Source: Polyangiaceae bacterium
GTDB taxonomy: Bacteria > Myxococcota_A > Polyangia > Polyangiales > Polyangiaceae
Direction of reading: 5' to 3'
Length of the DNA stretch: 64,000 nt
NCBI GenBank assembly: GCA_044376115.1
Contig: JBILLK010000014.1
Coordinates: 64,001-128,000 of the forward strand
Position 1 is the first letter of the stretch; every line of letters starts with the position of its first letter. Under the pieces are notes generated by a model. The model was given only the letters and a program-made list of their open reading frames with translations. It did not search any database and had not been told where the DNA came from. Made by a program: the position numbers and the translations under genes. Below are positions 47,814 through 56,505 of this stretch, one piece after another.

Positions 47814-50800
47814 GCGGCAGCTCCTTCCTTCTCTTTGGAGCTGGTCTCGGATGCCGCCGGGGGAATGCTCTCAACGCCACCGCGCGCTGGCCCCTGCGGC
47901 ACGAGACCGCGCTCGGCAAAGTGCGCGTAGGCCTCATGGATAGCCGAGCGCACGTCGGTGGGAGCGAACCCGAGTTCGATCTGGGCCTTCGACGTGTCCG
48001 CCTTCCGTTGCATGCGCAACAGCCGAACGGCAGCGGGCGTAAAGCGCAACGGCGTCTCCGGGAAGAACGTCGACATAAACAATGACGTCACCTCCGCGAC
48101 CCCAGCCATCAGCGTCGGCGGCAAGCGCAGCTTCGGTCGCGGCCGACCCGAGACCTCCTCGAAGATGTCCATCAACTCGTCCACGGTCACGAAGGCCGTC
48201 GACAGGATATAGCGTTGGCCAGTGCGACCTCGTTCGAGCGCGCCGATGTGACCGTCCACCAGGTCCTTCACGTTGACGAAGTCGAACCCCCCCGGGAGAA
48301 ACGCGCGAAGCTTGCCCTGCGCAAAGTCGATCAGCGTGCGGCCCATGCGCGACGGCTTGTAGTCCCAGGGACCAAGCACCGCGCACGACGTGGCGATCAC
48401 CGCGTCAACACCCTCCACGACCGCCTTGAGCGTTTCATGCTCGACCAACGACTTGGTGCGACCGTAGGGCAAGTGCTCGGCGAACGGGTAGAACGGCATG
48501 GTCTCATCGCAGGGCCTCGAGGGGTCCTCCATGTCGAGCCCCACCGCAGAGAGCGACCCCGTAACCACCGTGCGCTTGACGCCCGCTTCACCAGCTGCCC
48601 GCAGCAGATTGGCCGTGCCGAGCACGTTGCATTGATAGATGTCGAGCAGGTCACGTTCGTTGGCCGATGCCGTGGAAACGCGTGCAGCCACGTGGAAGGC
48701 AGCTTCACATCCGCGAGTTGCCGCAAGCGCTGCGGCCGGTTGCCGCAGGTCTCCGAACACACGCTCGACCTTACGTCCGAGCGCAGCCTCGATCGCATCG
48801 ATCGCGTCGTTGTTGCTGCCCTCTCGCAAGAGCACACGCACGTCACGGTCTTCCGAAAGAAGCCTGTAAACGAGGTTCGCTCCCACGTGGCCAGCGGCTC
48901 CCGTCACGAGCACCTTTCCGCCGAACTCGCGCCGGGGTTGCAGGCCATACGTCTTCGGGGTGAACGATGTCGTCATCGGATCTCCTTCAAGGCCTCGCGT
49001 GGAGGCGTCATGCGAATTCGTCGTGTCGTGCCCCGAGTTGGCGCTCGAGAAAGCTCCAGCGGCGCCGCTCGGCCGCGCGGGCCGACCAACCACACCCGTG
49101 CGCGCGCGATCGAAGAGAGACGCCAACGCGCGATTGGGGTCCGGAGCAGAGACGTCCCCGGTCGCAACCAAAGCGTCCTCGAATACGCGCATGACCAACG
49201 CACGCGAAACGGTAGGTGCACGGCCTTGCCTGAGGGCGTCCTCCCCCAACTCCACCTCACGCAGCGTGGCGAGCGCCAACGCGAGCGGTACAGCACAGAA
49301 CAGCCGCACTGGCGCCGCTTGCACAGGCCACAAGAGCGTGTACTCCTCCGCCTGATCCAAGTGGAAACGAGCTCGAGTAGACAGGTGCCGAAGCAGGGCG
49401 AGCCCCTTCGATCGTTCTGACGGCACGAGCAGGTCCGCAAGCGCGATGCCGTGTGCCTCTGCCTCGGCTTGCGGCAAGAAACAGTCTCCCCGTTCAGCGT
49501 CTTCGGCGACGTCTTTCAGGATGTTCACCAGCTGAAGGCCCAGCCCGAAGCTGATAGCGCGCGCTTGCAGCTCTTTGCGGGCAGCGGGGGCCACCGGAAA
49601 AGAGAGGGCGAACAGCTGCGTCAGCAGCTCGCCGACAGTACCGGCAACGTAGTAGCAGTACTTCTCGAGATCGGGCAGCGTTCGCAGCCGCAGCCCCGCC
49701 TCTTCATCAGCGCGCTCGGAGTAGGCACGCATCCCCTTCGACATCTCGGCCACCGAGGGGAAGATGGCGGCTCTCTGCTCGGCGGGGAGGCTTGCAAAGA
49801 CGCGGAAGCTCGCGCCTGCTCGATCGCAGAGCAGCCGCTCATGAGGCTTGGGACCGAGGCCTGCTGCTGCGCTCTTCGCTTCAAACTCCGAGGCTGAAGA
49901 GGCGTCCCCTTCGGCTGCCCGCGCGAGCACTGCATCAAACGCATCAAAGAGAGCGCCGCGAACCGCGGGCGGCAAACGACGATCATCCTCGACCGTATCG
50001 ACGATGCGGCAAAGCAGGTACGCGACCCCGATAGCGTCACGCAGCTCCAACGGCAGCGCCTGAATCGACAGGGCGAAGGTGCGTGAAACCGAGGGCAGGA
50101 TCTCTGAGCAAAACGCTTGGTCATTCTCATCCGCCAAACGCGGTCCAGCCACCGGGGACGCCGGCGGGCTCGCTTCAGCGGTTGCCGCTTTTGGGCAGGC
50201 AGCGCTGACCTCCACAGGTGCAGCGCCGCTTCGGAGTTCGGCGAGGGCAGACTTCGCCGCTTCGAGGTTCACCGTCTTGCGGTCTGCGATGGCGCTCGCG
50301 ACCCGGGCGATCTCGGACTCATCTGCACCGGCTTGAAGCGCAATGTTACGTGCGTGCAGACGCATGTGACCGCTTTGAATGCCCTCCGCGGAGAGCGCTC
50401 GCAACGCCGACAGGTTCTGAGCGAGTCCGGCCGCCGTGACCACGGCCGCGAGCTCGGACGTCGAAGCGAGATCACAAAGCCGACGATTGATTTTGACCGT
50501 GGGGTGCACGTTGACGACGCCACCGACGGTGCCGACGGCCATCGGCAAGGTCATGCGGCCGACCAAGAAGTCGCCCTCGTGTCGCCAGCGAGCGAGCGCG
50601 GTGTAGCGACCGCGACGAGCCGCGAAGGCGTGAGCCCCCGCTTCGATCGCGCGCCAATCTTGGCCCAGCGCGATGAGCACCGCGTCCACCCCGTTCATGA
50701 TGCCCTTGTTGTGCGTGGCTGCGCGATACGGATCTCGCTCCGCAAACACGCTGGCCTCTTCGATCGCCTTCGCGAGTTCGCGACCACCACCGGTGCCCTT

Positions 50801-51520
50801 GCCGTCCAAGGCGCTCACCGGAACCCGGCCCTCAACCGTCACCGTGCGCAAGTCACTGAGGTTGGACAGGATGCGCAGGCCCACTCGACCACCGGTGAGC
50901 TCAGCCACGCGCGGAGCGAGCTTCTCACACATCGAGTTGATGGCGTTTGCCCCCATCGCATCGCGCACGTCGACCACGAGGTGAACCACCAGCATCGGCC
51001 CGAGATTGTCCTCTTCGGGCTCAGCCGGCAGGTGCCGAACCACAACGTCGACAGCGCCGCCCCCAGCGCTAACCAGACCAAGGTGGCCTGCGTTGGCAGC
51101 GGCGATCAACTCCGCCTTCGCCGCGAGCAGAGCTTGTTCAGCAGCGCCTGCGTCGGGGACCTCGAGGACTTGGATCTGGCCGATCATGAGCGGCGCTGAG
51201 ACGGTAGAGCGCACGCCGCCGCCTTGGCGCAGCAGCTTCGCCGCGTAGCTGCACGCAGCCACCACGCTCGGCTCTTCAACGGCCATCGGCACGATGTGGT
51301 CTTTACCGTCCACCTGCATGTTGACGCACAACCCGAGAGGCAGGCCCATCACGCCCACGGCGTTCTCGACCATGTGCTCAGCCTGGCCGTCGGCGAGACC
51401 CTTGCCAGCGGCGAGCACCTCGAGGTCCGCACAAGCGAGTCCGGAGTGTTCCGCAGCAAGCTTGCGCCGCGCGGACATGTCGAGTTTGTAGAATCCCGGA
51501 AGCTCGCTTGTTTTTTTCAT
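47810..51520 (-). CDS. Class II HMG-CoA reductase - squalene synthase - NAD(P)-dependent extended SDR triple fusion
   Basis: HMGR: ENAVG, EEPSVVAA, DAMGAN, ATHNKG, GHMRLH. SQS: VSRTFALSI, LCRIVDTVEDD, YCYYVAGTVG, LQLVNILKDVAED. SDR: VTGAAGHVG, YGRTK. Confidence 0.92.
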   Translation of the reverse strand: MKKTSELPGFYKLDMSARRKLAAEHSGLACADLEVLAAGKGLADGQAEHMVENAVGVMGLPLGLCVNMQVDGKDHIVPMAVEEPSVVAACSYAAKLLRQGGGVRSTVSAPLMIGQIQVLEVPDAGAAEQALLAAKAELIAAANAGHLGLVSAGGGAVDVVVRHLPAEPEEDNLGPMLVVHLVVDVRDAMGANAINSMCEKLAPRVAELTGGRVGLRILSNLSDLRTVTVEGRVPVSALDGKGTGGGRELAKAIEEASVFAERDPYRAATHNKGIMNGVDAVLIALGQDWRAIEAGAHAFAARRGRYTALARWRHEGDFLVGRMTLPMAVGTVGGVVNVHPTVKINRRLCDLASTSELAAVVTAAGLAQNLSALRALSAEGIQSGHMRLHARNIALQAGADESEIARVASAIADRKTVNLEAAKSALAELRSGAAPVEVSAACPKAATAEASPPASPVAGPRLADENDQAFCSEILPSVSRTFALSIQALPLELRDAIGVAYLLCRIVDTVEDDRRLPPAVRGALFDAFDAVLARAAEGDASSASEFEAKSAAAGLGPKPHERLLCDRAGASFRVFASLPAEQRAAIFPSVAEMSKGMRAYSERADEEAGLRLRTLPDLEKYCYYVAGTVGELLTQLFALSFPVAPAARKELQARAISFGLGLQLVNILKDVAEDAERGDCFLPQAEAEAHGIALADLLVPSERSKGLALLRHLSTRARFHLDQAEEYTLLWPVQAAPVRLFCAVPLALALATLREVELGEDALRQGRAPTVSRALVMRVFEDALVATGDVSAPDPNRALASLFDRARTGVVGRPARPSGAAGAFSSANSGHDTTNSHDASTRGLEGDPMTTSFTPKTYGLQPRREFGGKVLVTGAAGHVGANLVYRLLSEDRDVRVLLREGSNNDAIDAIEAALGRKVERVFGDLRQPAAALAATRGCEAAFHVAARVSTASANERDLLDIYQCNVLGTANLLRAAGEAGVKRTVVTGSLSAVGLDMEDPSRPCDETMPFYPFAEHLPYGRTKSLVEHETLKAVVEGVDAVIATSCAVLGPWDYKPSRMGRTLIDFAQGKLRAFLPGGFDFVNVKDLVDGHIGALERGRTGQRYILSTAFVTVDELMDIFEEVSGRPRPKLRLPPTLMAGVAEVTSLFMSTFFPETPLRFTPAAVRLLRMQRKADTSKAQIELGFAPTDVRSAIHEAYAHFAERGLVPQGPARGGVESIPPAASETSSKEKEGAAA

Positions 51521-51760
51521 TTCGGACCCCATCCCCAGCGCAGACGACCGGCGTCGCCCAAGACGGCGCCTGGTCTTTACCTCGAACTCGCCGCACAACC
51601 AAGCCTCGCGCATCCCTCACTTTTGCTGCGAACTGGCGTTCGCAGCCGCCTGGTCGCGTCGAAGTGGACGCACTCGCTTGACCCCCCTACGCGCCTGCAG
51701 CACGAGCGGTTTCGGCACCGGCTGACTCAATAACCCCGATTCGACGGAGATGAAGAGCGC

Positions 51761-53167
51761 ATGTTCAATCGCATCTTGATCGCAAACCGAGGCGAAATCG
51801 CCTGCCGCATTCAACGGACCTGCAAACGGTTGGGCATCGAGACCGTTGCGGTGTACTCGGAGGCGGACAAGGACGCCCTGCACGTCAAAGCCGCGGACGC
51901 CGCCTATTGCGTGGGGCCCGCGCCGGTGCGTGAGAGCTACCTCAACATCGAGGCCATCCTTAAGGCGGCCAAGGATTCGGGCGCCCAGGCGATTCACCCG
52001 GGGTACGGGCTCTTGAGCGAGAAGGAGAACTTTGCCCAAGCGGTCAAAGAAGCCGGCCTTGTGTACATCGGGCCCCCGGCGAGCTGCTTGAACGCCTTCG
52101 GAGACAAGATCCGTGCGCGCGCTGTTGCACGCGCGGCGGGTTTACAGCCTCCGCCCGGAACCGACGGTCCGGTCGACGCGAGCGACAGCGAGTTGATCAC
52201 GCGGGAGGCCGAGCGAATCGGCTTCCCATTGCTGGTGAAAGCCGCAGGCGGCGGCGGCGGCATCGGCATGCAAATCGTTGAAACGGCAGACAAGCTTGCA
52301 CGCGCCATCGAGACTTGTTCGGACCGCGGCAAGAGCGCCTTTGGCGATCCCCGGGTGTACATGGAACGTTACGTAAAGAACCCCAAGCACATCGAGGTGC
52401 AGGTTCTGTGCGACCAACACGGCAAGGGAGTGGCGCTGTTCGAGCGTGAATGCAGTGCCCAGCGGCGCCATCAGAAAGTCTTGGAAGAAGCGCCCTCACC
52501 GGCGCCTTTCTTCAGTGGCGCAGAGGGTGAGGCGCGCCGAGCAAAACTGCTCGAGGCCGCGCTCAACGTGGTCCAGAGCGTGAAGTATGAAGGCGCTGGC
52601 ACGGTCGAGTTCGTCGCGAGCACGGAAGGCGAGCTGTTCTTCCTTGAGGTGAACGCGCGCCTGCAGGTCGAGCACTGCGTGACGGAGATGATCACCGGCA
52701 TAGATTTGGTCGAGCAACAGCTGCGCGTTGCAGCAGGCGAGCCGCTCTCCGCCGAGGTGCTGGCCCCCAAGCGCAAGGGTCATTCGATTGAAGCGCGTAT
52801 CTACGCAGAAAACCCCTTGAAGATGTTCGCGCCGCAGCCCGGTCGCTTGGACAAGATCGTATGGCCCGAGAGCGGCGAGGACGTGCGCATCGAGACCGGC
52901 GTTACAGAGGGCGACTCGGTCACGCCCTTCTACGATCCGATGATCGCCAAGTTGGTGGTCTGGGCCGAAGACCGCGCAGCTGCGCTGGCAAAGCTCGACC
53001 GCTGCCTCGAGAGCACGCAGATCACGCTCACCGGCCCTGCAGGTCCCAGCACGACGAACCTCGAGTTCTTGCGCAAGCTCGCCCAAACCGCTGAATTCGC
53101 GGCCGGCACCTACGACACCACCACCGCCGAGACGCTGGCCAAGGCGCTCAAGGCCGCAGCCAAATGA
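51761..53167 (+). CDS. Biotin carboxylase subunit of an acyl-CoA carboxylase (no BCCP domain)
   Basis: ILIANRGEIA, IHPGYG, GGGGIGM, RECSAQRRHQK, EVNARLQVEH and FYDPMIAKL. Confidence 0.93.
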   Translation: MFNRILIANRGEIACRIQRTCKRLGIETVAVYSEADKDALHVKAADAAYCVGPAPVRESYLNIEAILKAAKDSGAQAIHPGYGLLSEKENFAQAVKEAGLVYIGPPASCLNAFGDKIRARAVARAAGLQPPPGTDGPVDASDSELITREAERIGFPLLVKAAGGGGGIGMQIVETADKLARAIETCSDRGKSAFGDPRVYMERYVKNPKHIEVQVLCDQHGKGVALFERECSAQRRHQKVLEEAPSPAPFFSGAEGEARRAKLLEAALNVVQSVKYEGAGTVEFVASTEGELFFLEVNARLQVEHCVTEMITGIDLVEQQLRVAAGEPLSAEVLAPKRKGHSIEARIYAENPLKMFAPQPGRLDKIVWPESGEDVRIETGVTEGDSVTPFYDPMIAKLVVWAEDRAAALAKLDRCLESTQITLTGPAGPSTTNLEFLRKLAQTAEFAAGTYDTTTAETLAKALKAAAK

Positions 53168-54942
53168 TGGACCTATCGATGACCACGCTCCTTGAACGCG
53201 CTGAAACCTGGCTGGCTCACGATCCTGAGGCGGGCACCCGCGCGGAGCTGAGCGCCCTCATAGAGCGAACCAAAGCCGGTGACGATGCGGCGTCGCAGGA
53301 CCTCGCGGAGCGCTTCGTGGGTCCGCTCGAGTTCGGCACGGCGGGCCTGCGCGGAGTGATCGGTGCAGGGGAAAGCCGCATGAACGTTGCGGTGATCTTG
53401 CGCACGACCTTCGGTCTCGGCACCTACCTATTGAACGATCCCGAGGCGAACGTGAAGGTCCGTGGCGTCGCGATCGGGTACGACGGGCGGCGCTTCAGTC
53501 GCGAGTTCGCTGAGGCGGCGGTGGGGGTGCTCGCAGCGATGGGCATCCCGTCACAGCTCTCCCAAGGGGTGTGCCCAACGCCGGTACTCGCCTACGCCGT
53601 CACGCGCTTGAACTCAGCCGCAGGCATCATGGTAACGGCCAGCCACAACCCACCCGAATACAACGGCTACAAGGTCTATTGGGGCAACGGCGCGCAGATC
53701 ATTCCGCCTCATGACAGGGGCATCGCGGCAGAGGTGGATCGCGCGCCCCATGCGGACCAGGTTCCCAACGTCGGCTTTGAGCAGGCGCGCAAATCGGGCC
53801 TGTTGCAGGACTTCCCGCTCGACCTCGAGCCCGCCTATTTGGACGCTGTTCAGGCGCTCTCGATCAAATCGGGCGGCGCCCGCGACGCAGCGATCGTTTA
53901 CACCGCGCTGCACGGCGTGGGCGATCGACTCGTGCGTGAGACGATGAAACGAGCCGGCTTCAGCAACGTGCACAGCGTGGCTCAGCAGGCCGAGCCGGAT
54001 GGCGAGTTCCCCACTGTCGCCTTCCCCAACCCCGAGGAGAAAGGTGCGCTCGATCTTTCGTATGCGCTAGCCGAGCAGGTCGGCGCTGATCTGATCCTCG
54101 CGAGCGATCCCGACGTCGACCGGCTGGCCGCTGCGGTGCGCAAGGCCAACGGAGACAAGCCGTTTACGCAGCTCACCGGCAACCAGGTCGGCGTGCTGCT
54201 CGGCCACTATCTGCTGACGGAGGGGCCCCACGGAGACAACCGTACGGCGCTCGCTTCCTGCGTCTCCTCACCGCAGCTGGGTGCCATCGCGCGAGCGCTT
54301 GGCGTGCACTACGAAGAGACGCTCACAGGCTTCAAGTGGATCGCCAACCGAGCGATGGAGTTGGAAAAGACGGCCGGCAAGTCCTTCGTCTTCGGCTACG
54401 AGGAGGCGCTCGGGTACACCGTGGGTCCGCTGGTGCGTGACAAGGACGGCATCAGCGCGGCGTTGCTTTTCGCTGAGCTGTGGGCCGGGTTGCGTGCCAA
54501 AGGGCAGACCGTGTTCGATGAGCTCGAGCGCATCGCGCGTGCCTACGGTTGCTTTGTAAGCAGCCAGCTGAGCGTCACGATGAAGGGCGCCGACGGCCTC
54601 AAGAAGATCCAGGAAGTGATGGCGCACTTGCGTTCAACGTCTGCAGCGGCGTTCGGCCCGGCAGAGGTGCTTGCGCTCTCCGACGTGAAGGCCGGAACCA
54701 AGCGCGCAGCCGACGGCAGCGAGTCGAAGTTGGTGCTGCCCCCAAGCGATGTGCTCATCTACGACCTCGTCGGCGGAAGCCGAATCATCGCGCGGCCGAG
54801 CGGGACTGAACCGAAGCTGAAGATCTACTTCGACGTTCGCGAGACCGTGGTTGGTAGTGAAGCGATGAGCGCGGCTGAGGCCCGAGCCACCGAGCGAATG
54901 GCGGCCATCGCAGCGGCGTTCAAGACTCACGCCGGACTCTAA
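53164..54942 (+). CDS. Phospho-sugar mutase (PGM/PMM family)
   Basis: FGTAGLRG, TASHNP, DPDVDR, GYEEA and RPSGTEPKLK. Confidence 0.94.
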   Translation: MMDLSMTTLLERAETWLAHDPEAGTRAELSALIERTKAGDDAASQDLAERFVGPLEFGTAGLRGVIGAGESRMNVAVILRTTFGLGTYLLNDPEANVKVRGVAIGYDGRRFSREFAEAAVGVLAAMGIPSQLSQGVCPTPVLAYAVTRLNSAAGIMVTASHNPPEYNGYKVYWGNGAQIIPPHDRGIAAEVDRAPHADQVPNVGFEQARKSGLLQDFPLDLEPAYLDAVQALSIKSGGARDAAIVYTALHGVGDRLVRETMKRAGFSNVHSVAQQAEPDGEFPTVAFPNPEEKGALDLSYALAEQVGADLILASDPDVDRLAAAVRKANGDKPFTQLTGNQVGVLLGHYLLTEGPHGDNRTALASCVSSPQLGAIARALGVHYEETLTGFKWIANRAMELEKTAGKSFVFGYEEALGYTVGPLVRDKDGISAALLFAELWAGLRAKGQTVFDELERIARAYGCFVSSQLSVTMKGADGLKKIQEVMAHLRSTSAAAFGPAEVLALSDVKAGTKRAADGSESKLVLPPSDVLIYDLVGGSRIIARPSGTEPKLKIYFDVRETVVGSEAMSAAEARATERMAAIAAAFKTHAGL

Positions 54943-54955
54943 GGAGAGGAAGGGC

Positions 54956-54977
54956 CGGGAGGTTTGGCAGCCTCCCG
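54956..54977. terminator. Hairpin between convergent genes
   Basis: CGGGAGGTT pairs with AGCCTCCCG around a TGGC loop; no clear U tail. Confidence 0.45.
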
Positions 54978-54978
54978 A

Positions 54979-56505
54979 CTAGGCCTTGATGAATGGCAGG
55001 ATCTCGCTCATCACCGCGAGTTCAGCGTTCTCGTACTTCTGATAACCGGCGTACCAAGTCTCTGTTCCGATTTTGATTTCACCGTATCCCCCATGGTCTG
55101 GGGACTCAAACTCGGAGGGGCTGAGCCCCATGGCTTGGAGGACATTGCCCAGCCATTGATTGTAGAGCAGCCCAGTGTGCGAACTAACTGCGCTGTCCCC
55201 ACTCGACTGGTGCGCTGGTTTGGTGAGATTGCGATAGTCCGCGTAGTTGCCTGTGGTGAAGAAAGCACCAGCGCCTCCCGCGGTGACGACGGGCAGTTCG
55301 ATCGGGTCGTGCGTCAGGCAACCAGCTTCTTGGGTCCACTGCACCAAGGTGCCATCGAGGACCGTTCCCTCGCCGTCGGGGATGGCGTCGAGCTTGGCGA
55401 TGAGATCGAGGAAAACGGAGCCGAAGAACTCGCGATGGGCCGCGGCGATCGTCTGCTGTTGTTCACCGGAGGGGAACTGCGCCTGATGGGCAATGTCTTG
55501 GTGCCAATCTCCCGCGTAGGAGGAGAAGTGATCGCCGACGAACATGGTCGCGATCCTTGAGGTGTCGCAGGCGAACGCAGCGGCGATCACGTCGTTCTGC
55601 AATTGCCAGAAGCGGCGCTGTGCGCTCGGGTCCACGCCGAAGGTGCTGCTGTACTGGTCAACCGAACTCTCGCTGGGCGGAGTGATCTCACCGCAGGAAA
55701 CCTCCACGTTGAGCTTTCGCTGGAGTTCGTCGAGCCGCTCGAGATGGTCGTCGAGCCGCTGCTTGTCTTCGTTCGAGAGGCGACGACTTCCATTGCGCAA
55801 GCGCTTGTAGTTCTCGAGCACCCTGTCGACGACGAGCGGCCTCACCGTGGCAGGGTCTTCCTCGGGGACGAAGATCTTGTTGAAGAGCACCAGTGAATCG
55901 TTCTCGGGCGCGAGATTCTGGATCTCGCCCGACTGGTCGATCGGGCTCGTGTAGTAGGCGCTCATGCCGTTGCTTCCCACCACCAGACTGCGCTCCTTGA
56001 TCGTCGCGAGGTCGGCGTAGAAGGTGTTGGACCACGCGAGGATCTGATCGATCGTTGGACGACGTGTCATCATCTGCGCGTCGGTACCGTTGCCGTCATT
56101 CTCGGCGAAGTTGCCCAGATGCCCACCGCGATGGTGAGCCAGATAAAAGCTCACGTCGAGCCCGCGGAGAACGTTCATCTTGGCGGCCAGGGCACTGGTA
56201 AAGACGCCGGAATCCGCCGAGAGGACCGGGGAGAGCGAGGCGACGCCGTTCGCTACCTCAAGCGCGAGCGCACCTCGGCGCACGGCGCGCCCGGCGTACT
56301 GCATCGACTGAGTCAGCGTGGCCTCGTTCGGGTACATGTTCGCCTGCCAAATCCCGCCGTGGTTCGTCGCCAACGCGACGAAGCGTTTGCGGTCGCCCGG
56401 CGCCGCTTTGACCTCTTTCTTTGCCAGCGACGAAAGGAAAGGAACGGCGAGTACAAAACCCGCGGCTCCGCGCAGGAACATGCGGCGGTTGCGAGAAAGA
56501 ATCAC
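54979..56505 (-). CDS. DUF1552 (HXXSHH-type) protein with Tat-like signal
   Basis: NRRMFLRG, TIDQ, DKQRLDDHL, AFACDTSRIA, WHQDIAH and EGTVLDGT; GTGA-coupled to the upstream gene. Confidence 0.85.
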   Translation of the reverse strand: MILSRNRRMFLRGAAGFVLAVPFLSSLAKKEVKAAPGDRKRFVALATNHGGIWQANMYPNEATLTQSMQYAGRAVRRGALALEVANGVASLSPVLSADSGVFTSALAAKMNVLRGLDVSFYLAHHRGGHLGNFAENDGNGTDAQMMTRRPTIDQILAWSNTFYADLATIKERSLVVGSNGMSAYYTSPIDQSGEIQNLAPENDSLVLFNKIFVPEEDPATVRPLVVDRVLENYKRLRNGSRRLSNEDKQRLDDHLERLDELQRKLNVEVSCGEITPPSESSVDQYSSTFGVDPSAQRRFWQLQNDVIAAAFACDTSRIATMFVGDHFSSYAGDWHQDIAHQAQFPSGEQQQTIAAAHREFFGSVFLDLIAKLDAIPDGEGTVLDGTLVQWTQEAGCLTHDPIELPVVTAGGAGAFFTTGNYADYRNLTKPAHQSSGDSAVSSHTGLLYNQWLGNVLQAMGLSPSEFESPDHGGYGEIKIGTETWYAGYQKYENAELAVMSEILPFIKA

